Source of the DNA: Mobula hypostoma
Lineage: Eukaryota
Reading direction: 5' to 3'
Length of the DNA stretch: 64,000 nucleotides
Assembly: GCF_963921235.1 (NCBI RefSeq)
Contig: NC_086107.1
Span: 101,620,001 to 101,684,000 of the forward strand
Below the pieces are notes generated by a model. The model saw nothing but the letters and a program-made list of their open reading frames with translations. It had not been told where the DNA came from and did no database searches. Positions 26,091 to 38,979 of the stretch are shown here, in pieces. Position 1 is the stretch's first letter; each line of letters begins with the position of its first letter. The translations under genes and the position numbers were made by a program.

Positions 26091-28394
26091 TTGGTTCTCA
26101 TCACACCGGCAAATGTACAGAATTAACCGCCTGATTTTATAAGTGCTACATATGTGTAGAACAGTATCTACTGTAAATCATAGATTTTTTTCAGGACATC
26201 TGCTGTAATAAAAGTGACATTACTTCAGTGTCCCTAATGACAAGCAAAACACGTGATCAGCCTCAGGCTCAGTGAGCCCCACCTTAGAAGAAAAATCTGC
26301 TTATTTACAATAAGTAGTTATAGTCATAGGTTTATTTGTCTTTTGTTCTTTAGCTGCATAATTTGTCTTTTGCAAACTTCTAAAACTGTAATCAACCATA
26401 ACTTGGACTGATACTGTACAGTATATTTGTATTACTTGGGCAAAAGAACATTATTAAACGTCTTTCAATTCAGTAAGCATGAGTTTTGTCTGATATTCAA
26501 CGGTAAAAATAAAAGCAGACTGACTCCATACCCTCTCTCTGATCCTAGCAAGTAGGCTGAAAGTTGGACAGGCTTAGAGTTGGCATGGAAATTGGATCTG
26601 CAGTTTTCCCTGGTCAAATATGTAACCATGGTTGGGTACAGTCTGATCCAGTTTCAGACAGTTGCTGGGATGAATTCAGAAACAGTTTGTAGTAAGGATT
26701 GAAAATTACATTATTGGTTTTCCTGAAATAATTCTATTCATCTGGATGTGCAGTCTGGCATTTTAAATATATTGGGCAAGGGGTAGGGGATCAGGGAAGG
26801 GAAACTGGTAAAGGAAAACAGAGAAGTGATTATGTCACAAAGATCAAACATACTGTCTGCATTTCAGAAGCAGAACAGAACACTATACTACTATTTTATA
26901 GTGCCACCAACTGGGATGAACTTATAGGCATTTATTCCACTAGTCACAACTTGTCAAAGAACTCCTTGCATAACATATATTGATGCACTTTTTAAAAAAG
27001 TGTTCTATTATATTTCTAATAATAATCTAACATTTCTCCTGCAGTGATATCTTACTGAATGACTCATAGTTTATTGCTTCCACTCTCAGTTCATTGATGG
27101 AAAAAATCATGTTTTAATTAATACTAAATGTTAGGTTCAATGCAAAATTAGATGGGACAGAAGAAATTACAAAATAAGAAGTTATTTAAATGAAAATAAA
27201 ATCAATCAAAATTAATATAAACATGTGAAGTAGGCCTCAATGAAAAAGTTAACATTGAAGTTGAAGAGAAGATTAAGAGTTAAGTAAGCAGAATAGGTGA
27301 GAACATTACTTTACATTATTGAAAAATGGGACTGATATCTTTAATTCCAAGAAATCTAAAAATCATAAAGAAGGCAAAAGCATTGACACCTTTTAAGGAT
27401 CAACTTGAGGCTGAAGTTAAGGGACTTCAGGATCATTTTGCATTTGTCATTCCATGGGCTCTATCCTTTTGGATCAGTCTACCAAATGGGAGTTCATCAA
27501 AGGCTTTAATGAAGTCCACATGGCCTATATTAAATGCATTGCCTTCATCAATACACTCTCCTACCTCTTCAAACTTAAATCAAATTGATCAGACAGAATC
27601 GCTCCCAACTAAAAATATGCTGCCTATGAATATTCTCGGGCTTTCCAGAAATTAATCAAAGTTAGTAAGACTACCTTTGCAGATTAATTCTGTTCTCAGA
27701 ATGTTTTTCCAACAACTTCTTGGTCACTGACAAGAAATTCACTCATCTTTAATTTCCTAACCTATTCCTGCTGCAACCCCTACTGGGGCTGAGAGGGATA
27801 GTAAATTAACCATGATAGAATGGCAAGGCAGACTCAATGGGCTGAGTGGCCTAATTCTGCTCCTATGTCTTGTGCTCTCCTTCTTGAATAAAGGGTGCTA
27901 TATCTTCTGTCCTCCAGTCATCTGACACCTCATCCGTGGTCAGGGTTCTAGCAATCTCTTCCCTTCACAGTCTGAAATACACTTCATCAGGTCTGAGGGA
28001 TTTATCCACTTTTAAGCCCAGTAAGACATTGAAAGCTTTCTTTCTTATTTTAATAGAAATTTGTTCTAGAATCTCATTGCCTTCTCCCTGGATTCTCTAA
28101 GTACAATATCTTCCTACAAATAAAAAACTTTCACATAAGATCTCACCCAGGTTTTCTGACTCCATGCACAGATTGTTCTTTCAGTACCTAACAGTCTTAC
28201 TCTTCCCTGTTTCTGTTTTGCCATTAATATACTTCTGAAAATACTATATGGTTTTCCTTAATTTTATCTGCCAGTGGTATTTTATGCCCACTATTTGCCC
28301 TGCTATTTCTTTTTTTAACCACTTACATGTTGAAAAAAGATGACCCTCCCTGCCCCCTTCCGACTCTCAGTTCACAACAGAAATCCATATCAGA

Positions 28395-29290
28395 ATCAGG
28401 TTTATCATCCGACTTTAGATACAACACTGAGTCATGTCATTTGCAGAAATTGTCTGATGACTCAGCAATAGTTGGGTGTATAAAGGGAGAACGGGAGGAT
28501 GAATACAGGGCCCTGGTGGAGGACTTTGTCAAATGGTGCAAGCTGAATCATTTGTAGCTCAACATAAGTAAGACAAAGGAGATGGTGATGGACTTTAGAA
28601 AAACCAAGGTTACATTGCTCCCTGTTACTACTGATGGTGAGGACGTGGATGTGGTGAGGACCTACAAGTACCCGGGGATGCACCTAGATGGCAAACTTGA
28701 GTGGAGCACCAACAGAGGCTGTGTACAAGAAAAGCCAGAGTCACCTCTACTTCCTGAGGAGACTGCGGTCCTTTGATGTATGCAGGCCTCTCCTTCATAT
28801 GTTCGACCGATCTGTTGTTGTTGTCAGTACAATCTTCTATGCGGTGGTGTGCTGGAGCAATGGCATCAACAGAGATGATGCCAACAGCTCAATAAATTGA
28901 TTAGAAAGACTGGTTCTGTTATAGGAGTCAAACTGGATACACTGGAGGCTGTGGTAGAACAAAGGACCTTACGGAAAACCCTGGCAAGACAATGTTTCTC
29001 ACTCTCTGCATGGCACCTTGGCTGAACAAAGGAGTATTTTTGGTAATAGACTAAGACAACTGCACTGCTCCAAAGAGCTCTATATGAGGTCATTCTTGCC
29101 CTTGGCCATTACGCTCTATAATGATCCAAGCTGTAGCTGGGGAAGTGATGACCCCCTCCTTTAGGACTGTTTTGTGGTAACTTATTTTTTATTCTTTCTA
29201 CTTCTCTTCTGATATTTATATCTGTGCACTTCTAATGCTACTGTGACACTGTAATTTCCTTTGCAATCAATAAAGTATCCATCTATCTTG
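28395..29290 (+). mobile_element. Rex1/Babar LINE 3' fragment, same family as 10721-14049
   Basis: High similarity to 12715-14049 (HLQKLSDDSAIVGCI, LYFLRRLRSF). Confidence 0.88.
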
Positions 29291-30338
29291 ATCTTACCCT
29301 TCACCTTTAAATGGCTGTTAGCCCTAAACACTGACTATTGAATTACTACAACATAGTGGACTGTGAGAGGCTGCTTCCCAATTTACTTTTGTTAGTCCTG
29401 TATTACACTATTGAAATCAGCCTTTCCTCAATTCAGGACAATTTCTAGTCCATCCTTATCCTTTGAAACTTGCAGTCCTATTGCCAATTTCTTCAAAATA
29501 TGCCAACCACTTGCTCAGGTACATTATCTAAGATTAAGTCCAGTACTGTCCTTTCTCCAATGCAACGATCTACAGACTAGCATGGAAAGCTCTCCTTGAC
29601 ACACTAAAAGAGCCTACCCACTCTAAACCTTTCACACTAAGGTGATCACAGTTAAATGTTCAGATGTTGACATCCTCTGCTATAAACTCATTATTCTTCT
29701 GCCTCTATGATTTGCCTATATAACTACTCCTCTGTGAGAATATCACTAATAAAGTGGTTGTGACCTACTTATTTCTAATTGTTGCAATAATGGATGTTAA
29801 TTAATACTGCAAAGCTCCTCTCTTGTTATGCCTTAAGATTCTATACCCTGGAATGATGAGTTCCCAATCACACCATTCTTTCAAACATGTCTTTGTATTA
29901 TCAATAATCTCATATTTCCATATACTCACAAGGATATACTCATAAGGAAGCAGTATATTCAAATACTTTTAAGACAGATGTAAATAGATTTTTGATAAGC
30001 AGAGGGAATAAAGGTTACCAGAGATAGGCAGGAATGCAGAGTTGAAATTACAATTCAATTAGTCGTGATCATATTGAATGGTGGAGCAGATTCAAGAGGC
30101 CAAATGGCATACTCCTCTTCCGATTAGTATGACAGCCAATAAAAAGATGGAATACTTTTTATTCCCTGTATTAACTTTGATAAAGTTATTTCAAAAGCAA
30201 GTGAACTATAATTGTGAAGATACTGTACATTGTAATTTTCCTATAGTTAGAATTAAGCACTTCAATTTATGGTTTGTACTCTGCAAGTTTGTGAGTTCTT
30301 TAGTAAAAACTAACTAATCTTTCTAATTAAGCTATTAC

Positions 30339-30516
30339 CTGTTATCATACATATGGGCCAAGTACAATAATAACAATAGACAATATTGGCGGCTTTGGAG
30401 GTCTTCATCTATTCCAATTGTGTCAAAACCTTCTGAAAGCACAGATATAGTATCGAAAAATGTGCAGTTCAGATGCGGAATATACTTCGCAAAAAGTGCA
30501 GATACATCATCCAAAT
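30339..30516 (-). CDS. MEI1: MEI1 coding exon, (D)LDDVSALFAKYIPHLNCTFFDTISVLSEGFDTIGIDEDLQSRQYCLLLLLYLAHMYDN(R)
   Basis: Acceptor tttccttatcgtag|ATTTGG, donor ACAG|gtaata; 178 nt, phase 1 to 2. Matches recalled human [20 protein letters not shown]. Not in the ORF track. Confidence 0.92.
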
Positions 30517-32164
30517 CTACGATAAGGAAAAATTGAACATAGTTAATTACAATGGCATACCATGACGTTTTAATTTTAATTCCATTTAACTTTCTAACAT
30601 TGAATCATGAACAATTTATGCAGTGGATTAAACAAGCTCAGCAAGTAAGTGCAGTAATCTGGCAGCTAAATTTGCATTAAGGTATCTGAATAAAGGAATA
30701 AAATTACTAGCTCAGAATTGGTCCTTTTTTATGCATCTGTAGAAACTGAAGAAGAAATGCAAATAATTTGGCAGTGATACCTGCAATAGTTGATGGTTAT
30801 GTCAATATGTAAAAGAGTAAAGTATGAATATGACTGAGGCATTCATGGGTTGCTTTTTATGGAGCCATAATTCAGCATGAGGAAATGAATTCAGGAGATA
30901 AATGGAGAAAATTAGAAGCAAAGCACAAGAAAGTAAATGAGACAAATTAAGTAAAAATTAATGCATACGCTACCCAACTTCCGTATTTTATATACACCGA
31001 GTGTTCATAACATGTATTATAACCTATTTAATAAAGCTGAACTAAAATATAATTACAACACAGTGAGGGAGCAAGTAGAGCTGCTGTATCACAGCTCCAG
31101 CAACCTGAGTTCAATCCTTAAATCTGGTAATGTCTGTGTAAAGTTTGTACCTTTTCTCTGTGACCAGTTGGGTTTCCCCTGGGTGCTCTGGTTTCCTCAC
31201 ACATCCTAAAGATATTCTACTAGTTAATGGCTACTGTTAGATATTCCTTATATTAGGTAAGTGGCAAACAAGTCATGGGGGATTTGATAGGGGCACGAGG
31301 AAGAATAGGTTACAGGGAAATAAAGTGGGGAATAGGGTTAATAGAATTGATCTGAGGGCTGGTAAAAAAAAAAGTAAATGTATTGAATGACTTCCTTCTT
31401 TGTTGTAAGAAATTACTCATACCAAATATTTTCACCAAAGAAAATATTTCAATACTTCAGGAGATTTAATGCACACCAGAAAAGAACAGAATAACAGGGG
31501 AACCTACAGTAAGTGGCCAACAAAACAGCTGTATACTTAGTTCTAAGATAACCTTTGAAATCTCTAGGATGCAATGGCAACTATACTAATTGTTCATACA
31601 CCTGAAAAATAACAGAAAGCAATCAGCAGAGCTACTGCTTCACAACTGCAATGGCTTGGATTCAAATTTGACTTCCAGTGCTGATTTTGTGGACCTTGCA
31701 TGTTCTCCCAGTGCTCATGTGGGTTTCCTCAAGGAATTCTGGTTTCCTCCCATGTCCCAAAACTTAGATAAGTTAGTTGCCTAGTGTGTAGACAAGTGGT
31801 AGAATCTTACGGCGGAATGAGGAAGAGAGAGAAATTAAAAGAATGCAATTAGAATAAAATGGGTTAGTGTAAAATATTTTGCTTGATAATTACTGCAGCT
31901 TTGTTGGGATGAAGAACCTGTTTTGACAACTGCATCTCTCTGAGTCTGATTTCATAAATCGTTTTTATAAATTGAAGACTCAACTGCTCAAGATCCTCCC
32001 GAACTTGTGTATTATTATGTATTACTTCAATATATGGATACAAGGCATCCCAGTTCTCAGATTTTGGATTCAAAATCCAGTTTGTGAAAAGGTTTTCATG
32101 GGGAGGGCCTGCATACTCAAAGAGCCAAGAAACCCCACAGCACAGATATTAAGTTCCATTAGTT

Positions 32165-32450
32165 GTAATTATTTATTTTATTTCATTTAGCAATATAGCA
32201 CAAAAGAGGCTTTCCCGGCCCTTCGAGTCAAGCTGTCCCATCTACCCCACAACCCCGATTAACTGTAACCTAATCATGGGACAATTTACAATGACCAATT
32301 AACCTACTTTGTCTTTGGACTGTGGGAGGAAACCAGAGCACCCAGGGAAAACCCACACATTCTATGGGGAGGAATACAGAAACTCCTTACAGTACAGTGC
32401 CAGAATTGAACTCTGGAACGCCTTGTGCTAACTGCTACATTGCTGTGGCA
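32165..32450 (-). mobile_element. HE1-like V-SINE
   Basis: Sister of 115-428. Older related SINE remnants at about 19350-19650, 23705-24020, 31055-31420, 31620-31950 (+) and 34590-34880, 54840-55145 (-). Confidence 0.7.
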
Positions 32451-33844
32451 TAGAGAAGGTTGCCAGGAGTAAGGTTATTGATCAATGTCTAGGACCTAGT
32501 CCCAATGTCAATGTCATATGAAGTTTAAATGTCTTGACATTTTAATCAAGCTCAGTAAATAGTCAAGATATAAGGTAAGAGATGGAAGTGAAATGGACAG
32601 CAGAGATAATTGATAACCACCTATCCTTGATATTAATTGACATTATCATCACTGATTCTTTCACTTTAAACACCCTTATGAGAGACTAAAATGTGACGGA
32701 CACAAAATATTGGAGATACAAGAGCAGGCCAGATGCTGTGTATACTGTAGAAAGTTACACCAACTACAAGGCACGATATAAGGGTACGACAAAATACTCT
32801 CTACTCGACCAGATAAGTAGAACTCCAACAACTCTGAATAAGTTCAACATCATCAAGCAGATCACTTGACTGAGAACCGACCCATCATCCTGAACCTTCT
32901 TTACTTCCACCAGGAGCATAAAGCTGCTGCATTGCGTAGCATCTAAAAAATGAATTGCAATTGTATATCTAAGCCAATTGACAATACCTCCAGGAAGGCG
33001 GCACCCATTATTATAGACCCCCATCACCCAGGACATGCCCTCTCCTCATTGTTACTGTCAGGAAAGAGGTACAGAAGCCTGAAGGCACACACTCAACAAT
33101 TCAGAAACAGCTTCTTCCTCTCTGTCGTCCAATTCCTAAATGGACATTGAACTTCAACATAAGAAATACAATGGTTCAAAAATGTTGCTCACTGATTCAT
33201 TGCCCGAGGGCAATTAGAGATAAGCAGTAAGTGCTGACCTCACAAGCAACACAAAGATGCAAAAAAAAACAAATGAAGAGATGTGTTGCTTCACAACTTG
33301 TTTACATGAAATTTTGCCCATCCACTTATTCTACTAGGCTTCCTGGACTGTATTGGCATCTTTCTTGTGGATCTGGAAGTTTCTCTTCACATGCTACTAG
33401 GTTTGGGTGAGACATGAGCTATATATTTCATATCTCCTGACAAAATGCATGCTGGTTCTATAAATCTATGATCTATTGGTTTATTGCATTTCATTGGCTT
33501 TGTATCTGTACTCGGCGCAATGACAATAAAGTTGAATCTAATCTAATGTAATCTATTATTGTCACATGTACCAAGATACAGAGAAGAGCTTCTCAGAACA
33601 ATTTCATCAGTACCTTTGCTTCCACATCCTGCAATCTATTCTCTCTTATATGCCTGTTCTAGAATCCACACTGATTCTCCCACGGCTCAGCTGCATCAAA
33701 GCAATTTACAGATATTTTCAAGATATTTTCTATGGCAATATAATATCACATCAAAGGAAATGACCATTGTCTTGAAATCACTAATAAATCAGAAATATGG
33801 TTACTTCCTGACAGAAAAAGCTCATTTTCATGCAACATTACCCA

Positions 33845-34470
33845 AGGTGTGGTCATGAGCAGAGCAGTCGTCATTCCAAGCCATGATGCACTGGATAGAA
33901 AGCTCTCTATGGTGCATTGATCAAAATTGGTGAGAGTCAAAGGAGTCATGCCAAATTCCTTTAACCTCCTGAGAAACAGAGGTGCTGGTGAGCTTTCTTG
34001 ACTGTGGCATCAACATAGTTGGACCAGGACAGACTATAGGTGATGTTCACTCCAAGGAATTTGAATCCCTCAATCCTATCAACCTCAGATGATTGATGTA
34101 AATAGGAGCATTTCTGAAGTCAATAACTAGCTCTTTTGCTTTGCTGACATTGAGGGATAGGCTGCTGTCATGACACCATGCCAGCAGGCTCCCTATGTCC
34201 TTCTTGTACCCCGACGCATTGTTATTTGAGATATATCTCACTACCATTGTATCATCTGTAAACTTGTAGATGGAGTTATAGCAGATCCAACACACAGTCA
34301 TGAATATATAGGGAGTAAAGTAGGGGGTCAAGGATGGAGCCTTGTGGTGCACCAGTGCTGAGGATAATTGTGGTGAGGTGTGGCTGCCTTTCCTTATGAT
34401 TATGGTCTGTAGGACAGGAAATCAAGGAGCCAGTTGCAAAGGGAGGTGTTGAAGCTCAGGTTTAGGAGAT
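33845..34470 (-). mobile_element. Rex1/Babar RT fragment
   Basis: IYKFTDDTMVV..ISNNN, LSLNVSKAKELVIDFR. Confidence 0.8.
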
Positions 34471-35460
34471 CGGAGTCATCTAATTCCAGGGTTTTCATTT
34501 CAGATTTCCAATATAATATCCACATTATATGTTAAAAACTTGAACAGACTCTTTATCTACTAGTTTGAATTTGAATGTTTGCTATTTTTACAGGAGACTA
34601 TTTAGCCCATCAGGTAGATGTTTGCTCTCAGTGAGGCATTTCTAATAAATTCTTTTCTCCCTCTCCTTGTCTCCCTATAGCTTCACAACTTATTTTCTAA
34701 CACATATCCAGCAACTCCCATTTTGATTCTTTTATCACTAATTTGGAGTAGCCAATCAACATACCAGCACATGCTGAAACTAAACACAGTCCTTGAGAGA
34801 ACATGCAAACTTCACACATGTAAGGTCAAGATTGAACTCTAGTCCCTGGAGCACTGGGGTGATTGTACTACTACCAGACACACAAAAAAGATCATGGATT
34901 CTGCAGAAAATCATTTGCTGAAGGTTTTCTTTAACACTGGAACCTTCAGCAGTAGAGAGATAGGAGTGAAATTCAGTAAGGAATTTCCACCAAGCCATTT
35001 TCCAGCAAAATTGGATTTTCTGGGGTTTTCAACACTGGTTTAGGGTTCGGCAATAAGTACCTGGAAATGGTGGCAAAAGAGAAGATGAAGTTGGACAAAT
35101 ACCTAAAACAGACAAAAAAAAAAGCTGGGCTATGTGCAGCAGACAGCAATGGAACTAGTTGATATGTTTTATGCCAGAGGCCAAATGGCTTCTTGTGTAC
35201 ATCTGTTCTGTGATTCTCTGAATTGACACATCATGATCAAAAATACATACGTGTTACCCACTGTTATGGAGTTTAGCACTTCATCTTATAAGGTATTCAG
35301 ACATGGAAAAAGTGACAGATCAACTTGGTTGGTTAAATTCCACTACCTGTTGATGATCATTAAGAAACACTAAGTCAGAATACTGGATCTCCCTTGCAAC
35401 TTGAAGGAAGTATTTTTGAGGCACTGGAAGGTGCAAGAAAAAAATAAAAAACATCCCTAC

Positions 35461-35555
35461 CATGCTGATAATTCAGAATATCTTCAGTAGCTGTAAACAG
35501 GATTTTACACATGTCACAAAGGAAGTCTGAGCAAGCCTGGTTCAATCTTGGATTT
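35461..35555 (-). CDS. MEI1: MEI1 coding exon, NPRLNQACSDFLCDMCKILFTATEDILNYQH
   Basis: Acceptor ttcttttattag|AAATCC, donor CATG|gtaggg; 95 nt, phase 2 to 1. Similar to recalled human [22 protein letters not shown]. The acceptor is triplicated, so the 5' edge could alternatively be 35600 or 35645. Confidence 0.88.
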
Positions 35556-35690
35556 CTAATAAAAGAAAATATAAAGAAAAACATGATGCAGCTTCTGTTT
35601 CTAATAAAAGAAAATATAAAGAAAAACATGATGCATCTTCTGTTTCTAATAAAAGAAAATATAAAGAAAAACATGATGCATCTTCTGTTT
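35553..35690. repeat. Tandem repeat, 3 x 45 bp, overlapping a MEI1 splice acceptor
   Basis: Unit tttctaataaaagaaaatataaagaaaaacatgatgca(g/t)cttctg at 35553, 35598 and 35643; a single difference (35591 g vs 35636 and 35681 t). Confidence 0.97.
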
Positions 35691-35829
35691 TAGAATTCTC
35701 ATCTAGGAAAAGAGCAGTGAAATGGAAACGAACTTTAAATTACTGAGTAAAATATAAACAGGTACATTCAATAACAAAATGGTAGCTACATTCAGCAGTC
35801 AAACATAAGTATGTCGATATATTGATTAC

Positions 35830-35890
35830 CTGCCTCTTGTACAGAATTTGACCTTCAATTCCATTATAAATCTTATAAAAGATGAGGAAG
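35830..35890 (-). CDS. MEI1: MEI1 coding exon, (A)SSSFIRFIMELKVKFCTRG(R)
   Basis: Acceptor ctacttacag|CTTCC, donor GCAG|gtaatc; 61 nt, phase 1 to 2. Matches recalled human ASSSFIRLTLELKARFCSG. Confidence 0.92.
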
Positions 35891-36049
35891 CTGTAAGTAG
35901 AATGAGAGGTTGCTTGTAAGTAAAGTCCAAATTTAAATAAGAATGATTATTGTGGTAAGATTACAGTAATTCATTTTAAAAGTGTCAAGAATATAATAGT
36001 GTTGATGTGTACATAAACAGAGTAAATCCAAATGGCAAAAATGACATAC

Positions 36050-36161
36050 CTAGCTTAGCAGAAAATAGTTTGGCAGCATTGGGCAAAACATTGTACTGGA
36101 CATGGAGAACAGAAAGGAATATCTCCATCACTGCGGCATTAGGAGTCTTTTCATAATGTTT
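36050..36161 (-). CDS. MEI1: MEI1 coding exon, KHYEKTPNAAVMEIFLSVLHVQYNVLPNAAKLFSAKL
   Basis: Acceptor ttttttctaacag|AAAC, donor CTAG|gtatgt; 112 nt, phase 0 to 1. Similar to recalled human [20 protein letters not shown]...FSKKL. Confidence 0.92.
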
Positions 36162-36309
36162 CTGTTAGAAAAAATATAGAAGTGGAACTTTAAAAAAAAA
36201 AGTTATGAACAGATTTACAAAGCAATTACCAGGTAAACTGATTTGTCACAAGATTCTTAAAAACAAGCTTGTTTACTATTATTTCAGCCCTAAATTTATT
36301 GTTTAATAT

Positions 36310-37657
36310 TAAGTCTATTATTAAGGATGAGGTTTCAATGTACTTGGAGACTAATGATAAAATAAGGCAAAGTCAGCATGGTTTCTGTAAAGAGAAATCT
36401 TCCCTGGCAAATCTGTTCGAGTTCTTCAAGGAAGTTACAAGCAGGGTGGACAAAGGAGTAGTGGATGTCATTTACTTAGATTTTCAGAAGGCATTTGATA
36501 AGGTGCCACACATGAGGCTGCTTAACAAGATAAAATCCTTTGGCATTACAGGAAAGATACTGGCATGGATAGTGGAATGGCTGACAGGCAGGAGGCAGCA
36601 AGTGGGAATAAAAGAGGCCTTCTCTAGTTGGCTGCCAGTGACTACTGGTGTTCCACAAGGGTCAGTATTGGGACCAGTGCTTTTCACATTGTTTGCTAAT
36701 GATTTAGGTAATGGAATTGATGGCTTTGTAGTAAAGTTGGCGGATGATACAAAGATAGGTGGAGGGGTAGGTAGTGATGAGGAAGCAATACAATTGCTGC
36801 AGGACTTAGACAAATTGGAAGAATGGGGGGAAAAGTGGCAGATGGAATTTAGTATTGGCAAGTGTATGACAATGCATTTTGGTAAAAGGAACAATAGTGC
36901 GGACTATTATCTAAATGGAGAGAAAATTCAAACACCAAAGGTGCAGAGGGACTTAGGAGTCCTCGTGCAAGACTCCCAGAAGGTTCATTTACAAGTCGAG
37001 TCTGTGGTAAAGGCGGCAAATGCAATGTTGACATTTATTTCAAGAGGAATAGAATATAAAAGCAAGGAGATAATGCTGAACCTTTATAAGTCACTAGTCA
37101 GGCCGCACTTAGAGTATTGTCAACAGTTTTAGACTCCATATCTTAGAAAGGATGTGTTGTCATTGGAGAGAGTCCAGAGGTTCACGAGGATGATTCCAGG
37201 AAAAAAGGGGTTAACATATAAGGAGCCTTTGGCAGCTTTGGACCTGCTGTCATTGGAATTTAGAAGAATGCAGGAGGATCTCATTGAAACCTACCAAATG
37301 TTGAAAGGACTAGAGCGGGTAGATGTGGAAATGTTTCCTATGGTGGGGGTATCCAGAACTAGAGGGCACAGCCTCAAAATTGAATGGCAACCCTGTACAA
37401 CAGAGGTAAGGAGGGATTTTTTTTTAAGACAGAGTAATAGATCTGTGGAATGCTCTGCCACAGACTGCTGTGAAGACCAAGTCCGTGCATATATTTAAGG
37501 CGGAAGTTGATTGTTTCCTGATCGGTCAGAGCATTAAAGGATATGGCGAGAAGGCAGGTGTACGGGGTTGAGTGGGATCTGGGATCAGCCATGATGGAAG
37601 GCAGAGCAGACTCGATGGGCTATATGGCTTAATTCTGCTCCTATGTCTTATGGTCTA
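36310..37657 (+). mobile_element. CR1 LINE, 5'-truncated RT region
   Basis: ORF 36269-37132: SQHGF, YLDFQKAFDKVPH, GVPQGSVLGP, LADDTK, RPHLEYC; tail tcttatggtct. Confidence 0.93.
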
Positions 37658-37808
37658 AGTGAAATGAAGTGAGAAAAAGACAAAAGTTGGAAGTGTGTAC
37701 TTCATGATAAGCTCTCAGTGGTGCTCCAAGGTGGCTGTTTTTTCAAGCTTGTGTCCCCTGATCTTAAACACCTAACGGTCAAATTCAATCCATTCTATTT
37801 ATCTAGGG

Positions 37809-38879
37809 CAGGGTTCCCCAATTAGTTTTCCACAAGGACCAAATTATGTCAAGCATGCCAAGCCAAGGGCCAAAACGTCAAACAAAGAGTTTTAGTAGTA
37901 CTGCCTTTTTCACTGTTTCTGTTCTCTCGTCTAATCTATTTGTTCTTTTTAACTTAGCTATGTAGCATTTGAAGTATGAAGTGTAGCTATAAATGAAATT
38001 ATTGGTATTATTGTTGTAATATTATTATACCACAATAAGATTGACAAATGGACAAAAATAAATTGATTCACTCACCATTGTCACTGACAATGGCACCGTC
38101 TTTAATACTTTGTAGCTCCATAACTATTTTCTTGATTTTCTCATCATGACTTAAAACTTGGCCAACCATATCAATGGCACATGTTTTAATCAACTTGGCA
38201 TCAGCGAATGGCTTCTTAGCTTTGGTAAGATTCCATGACACATGCAATGATGCAGCTGTTACGCTCTCTTGTGCAGATGTTGACTTACAGATAGCAGAAA
38301 TGGAGTGCTTGTATGATGTTATCATATTTGCAATTTTTTGTTTGCGTTGATCTGATTTTGCAGGGTAGTTGGCATTAAAACGGGCAGCATGTATAGTGTT
38401 GAAGTGCCGCTTTAGATTTTCTGATTTGCAGACAGCTATGGATTGCGTGCATATTAAACATGTCGCTTTAGCATTGGAATGGTCTGGTAAAATAAAACAA
38501 AACTGATCAGTCCAGTCAGATTTGAACTGATGGTTTTCCTGGTCGACTTTGCGCTTTTTCATGCAGGCCATGTTGTTCTTGGTTTAGGGTCTGTGACTTA
38601 CCGCTGGTAACAATTCGCTTCTTAGATGACAGGCAGGTAGCTGGTGTGTTCCGCTGTCTAGTCAAGGACCGTAGAGAGAGCGTAGTAGGTCGCGCGCTCT
38701 ACAGGGGTGTAGGTCAAGTGTACGGTGTGGGATGAGGTTAAAATAAATTAGAGCAGCGCGCGCTTTATTTACATGTTATGACAAGTGCAGTCACGTAAGT
38801 GCCAACGGGTCAGCGTGGTCCAGACATTTGGTTCTCGTGGTACGGACCTGGCCTGTGGTCCGTCTATTGGGGTTGTCTG
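37809..38879 (-). mobile_element. hAT (Charlie/SPIN/GTF2IRD2-like) DNA transposon, internal deletion derivative
   Basis: Perfect 8-bp TSD atctaggg (37801-37808 and 38880-38887); imperfect TIRs CAGGGTTCCCCAA / CAGACAACCCCAA. ORF 38571-38068 has KKRKVD.E...F...W...CLIC......K..NLKRHF...H zinc finger and KKPF.D..LIK.C motifs; no catalytic domain. Confidence 0.92.
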
Positions 38880-38979
38880 ATCTAGGGAGTTCTCCTTCAT
38901 AATTCTGAAAGCAATTTACATACAACTGGAAGATGACTATAATCAAGGGCTTGATATACTGCACAATGCTGTTTCCAAA

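Noticed and set aside
35375..35674. Repetitive ORF (MFFFIFSFIRNR)x3 as a standalone peptide
   Set aside because: Read-through of the triplicated acceptor into a MEI1 exon; there is no independent gene evidence.
35553..35690. CRISPR-like array
   Set aside because: The units are contiguous without spacers, there are no cas genes, and the context is vertebrate.
36269..37132. Longest ORF (287 aa) as a host gene
   Set aside because: It is a 5'-truncated CR1 reverse transcriptase with a premature stop and a CR1 3' tail.
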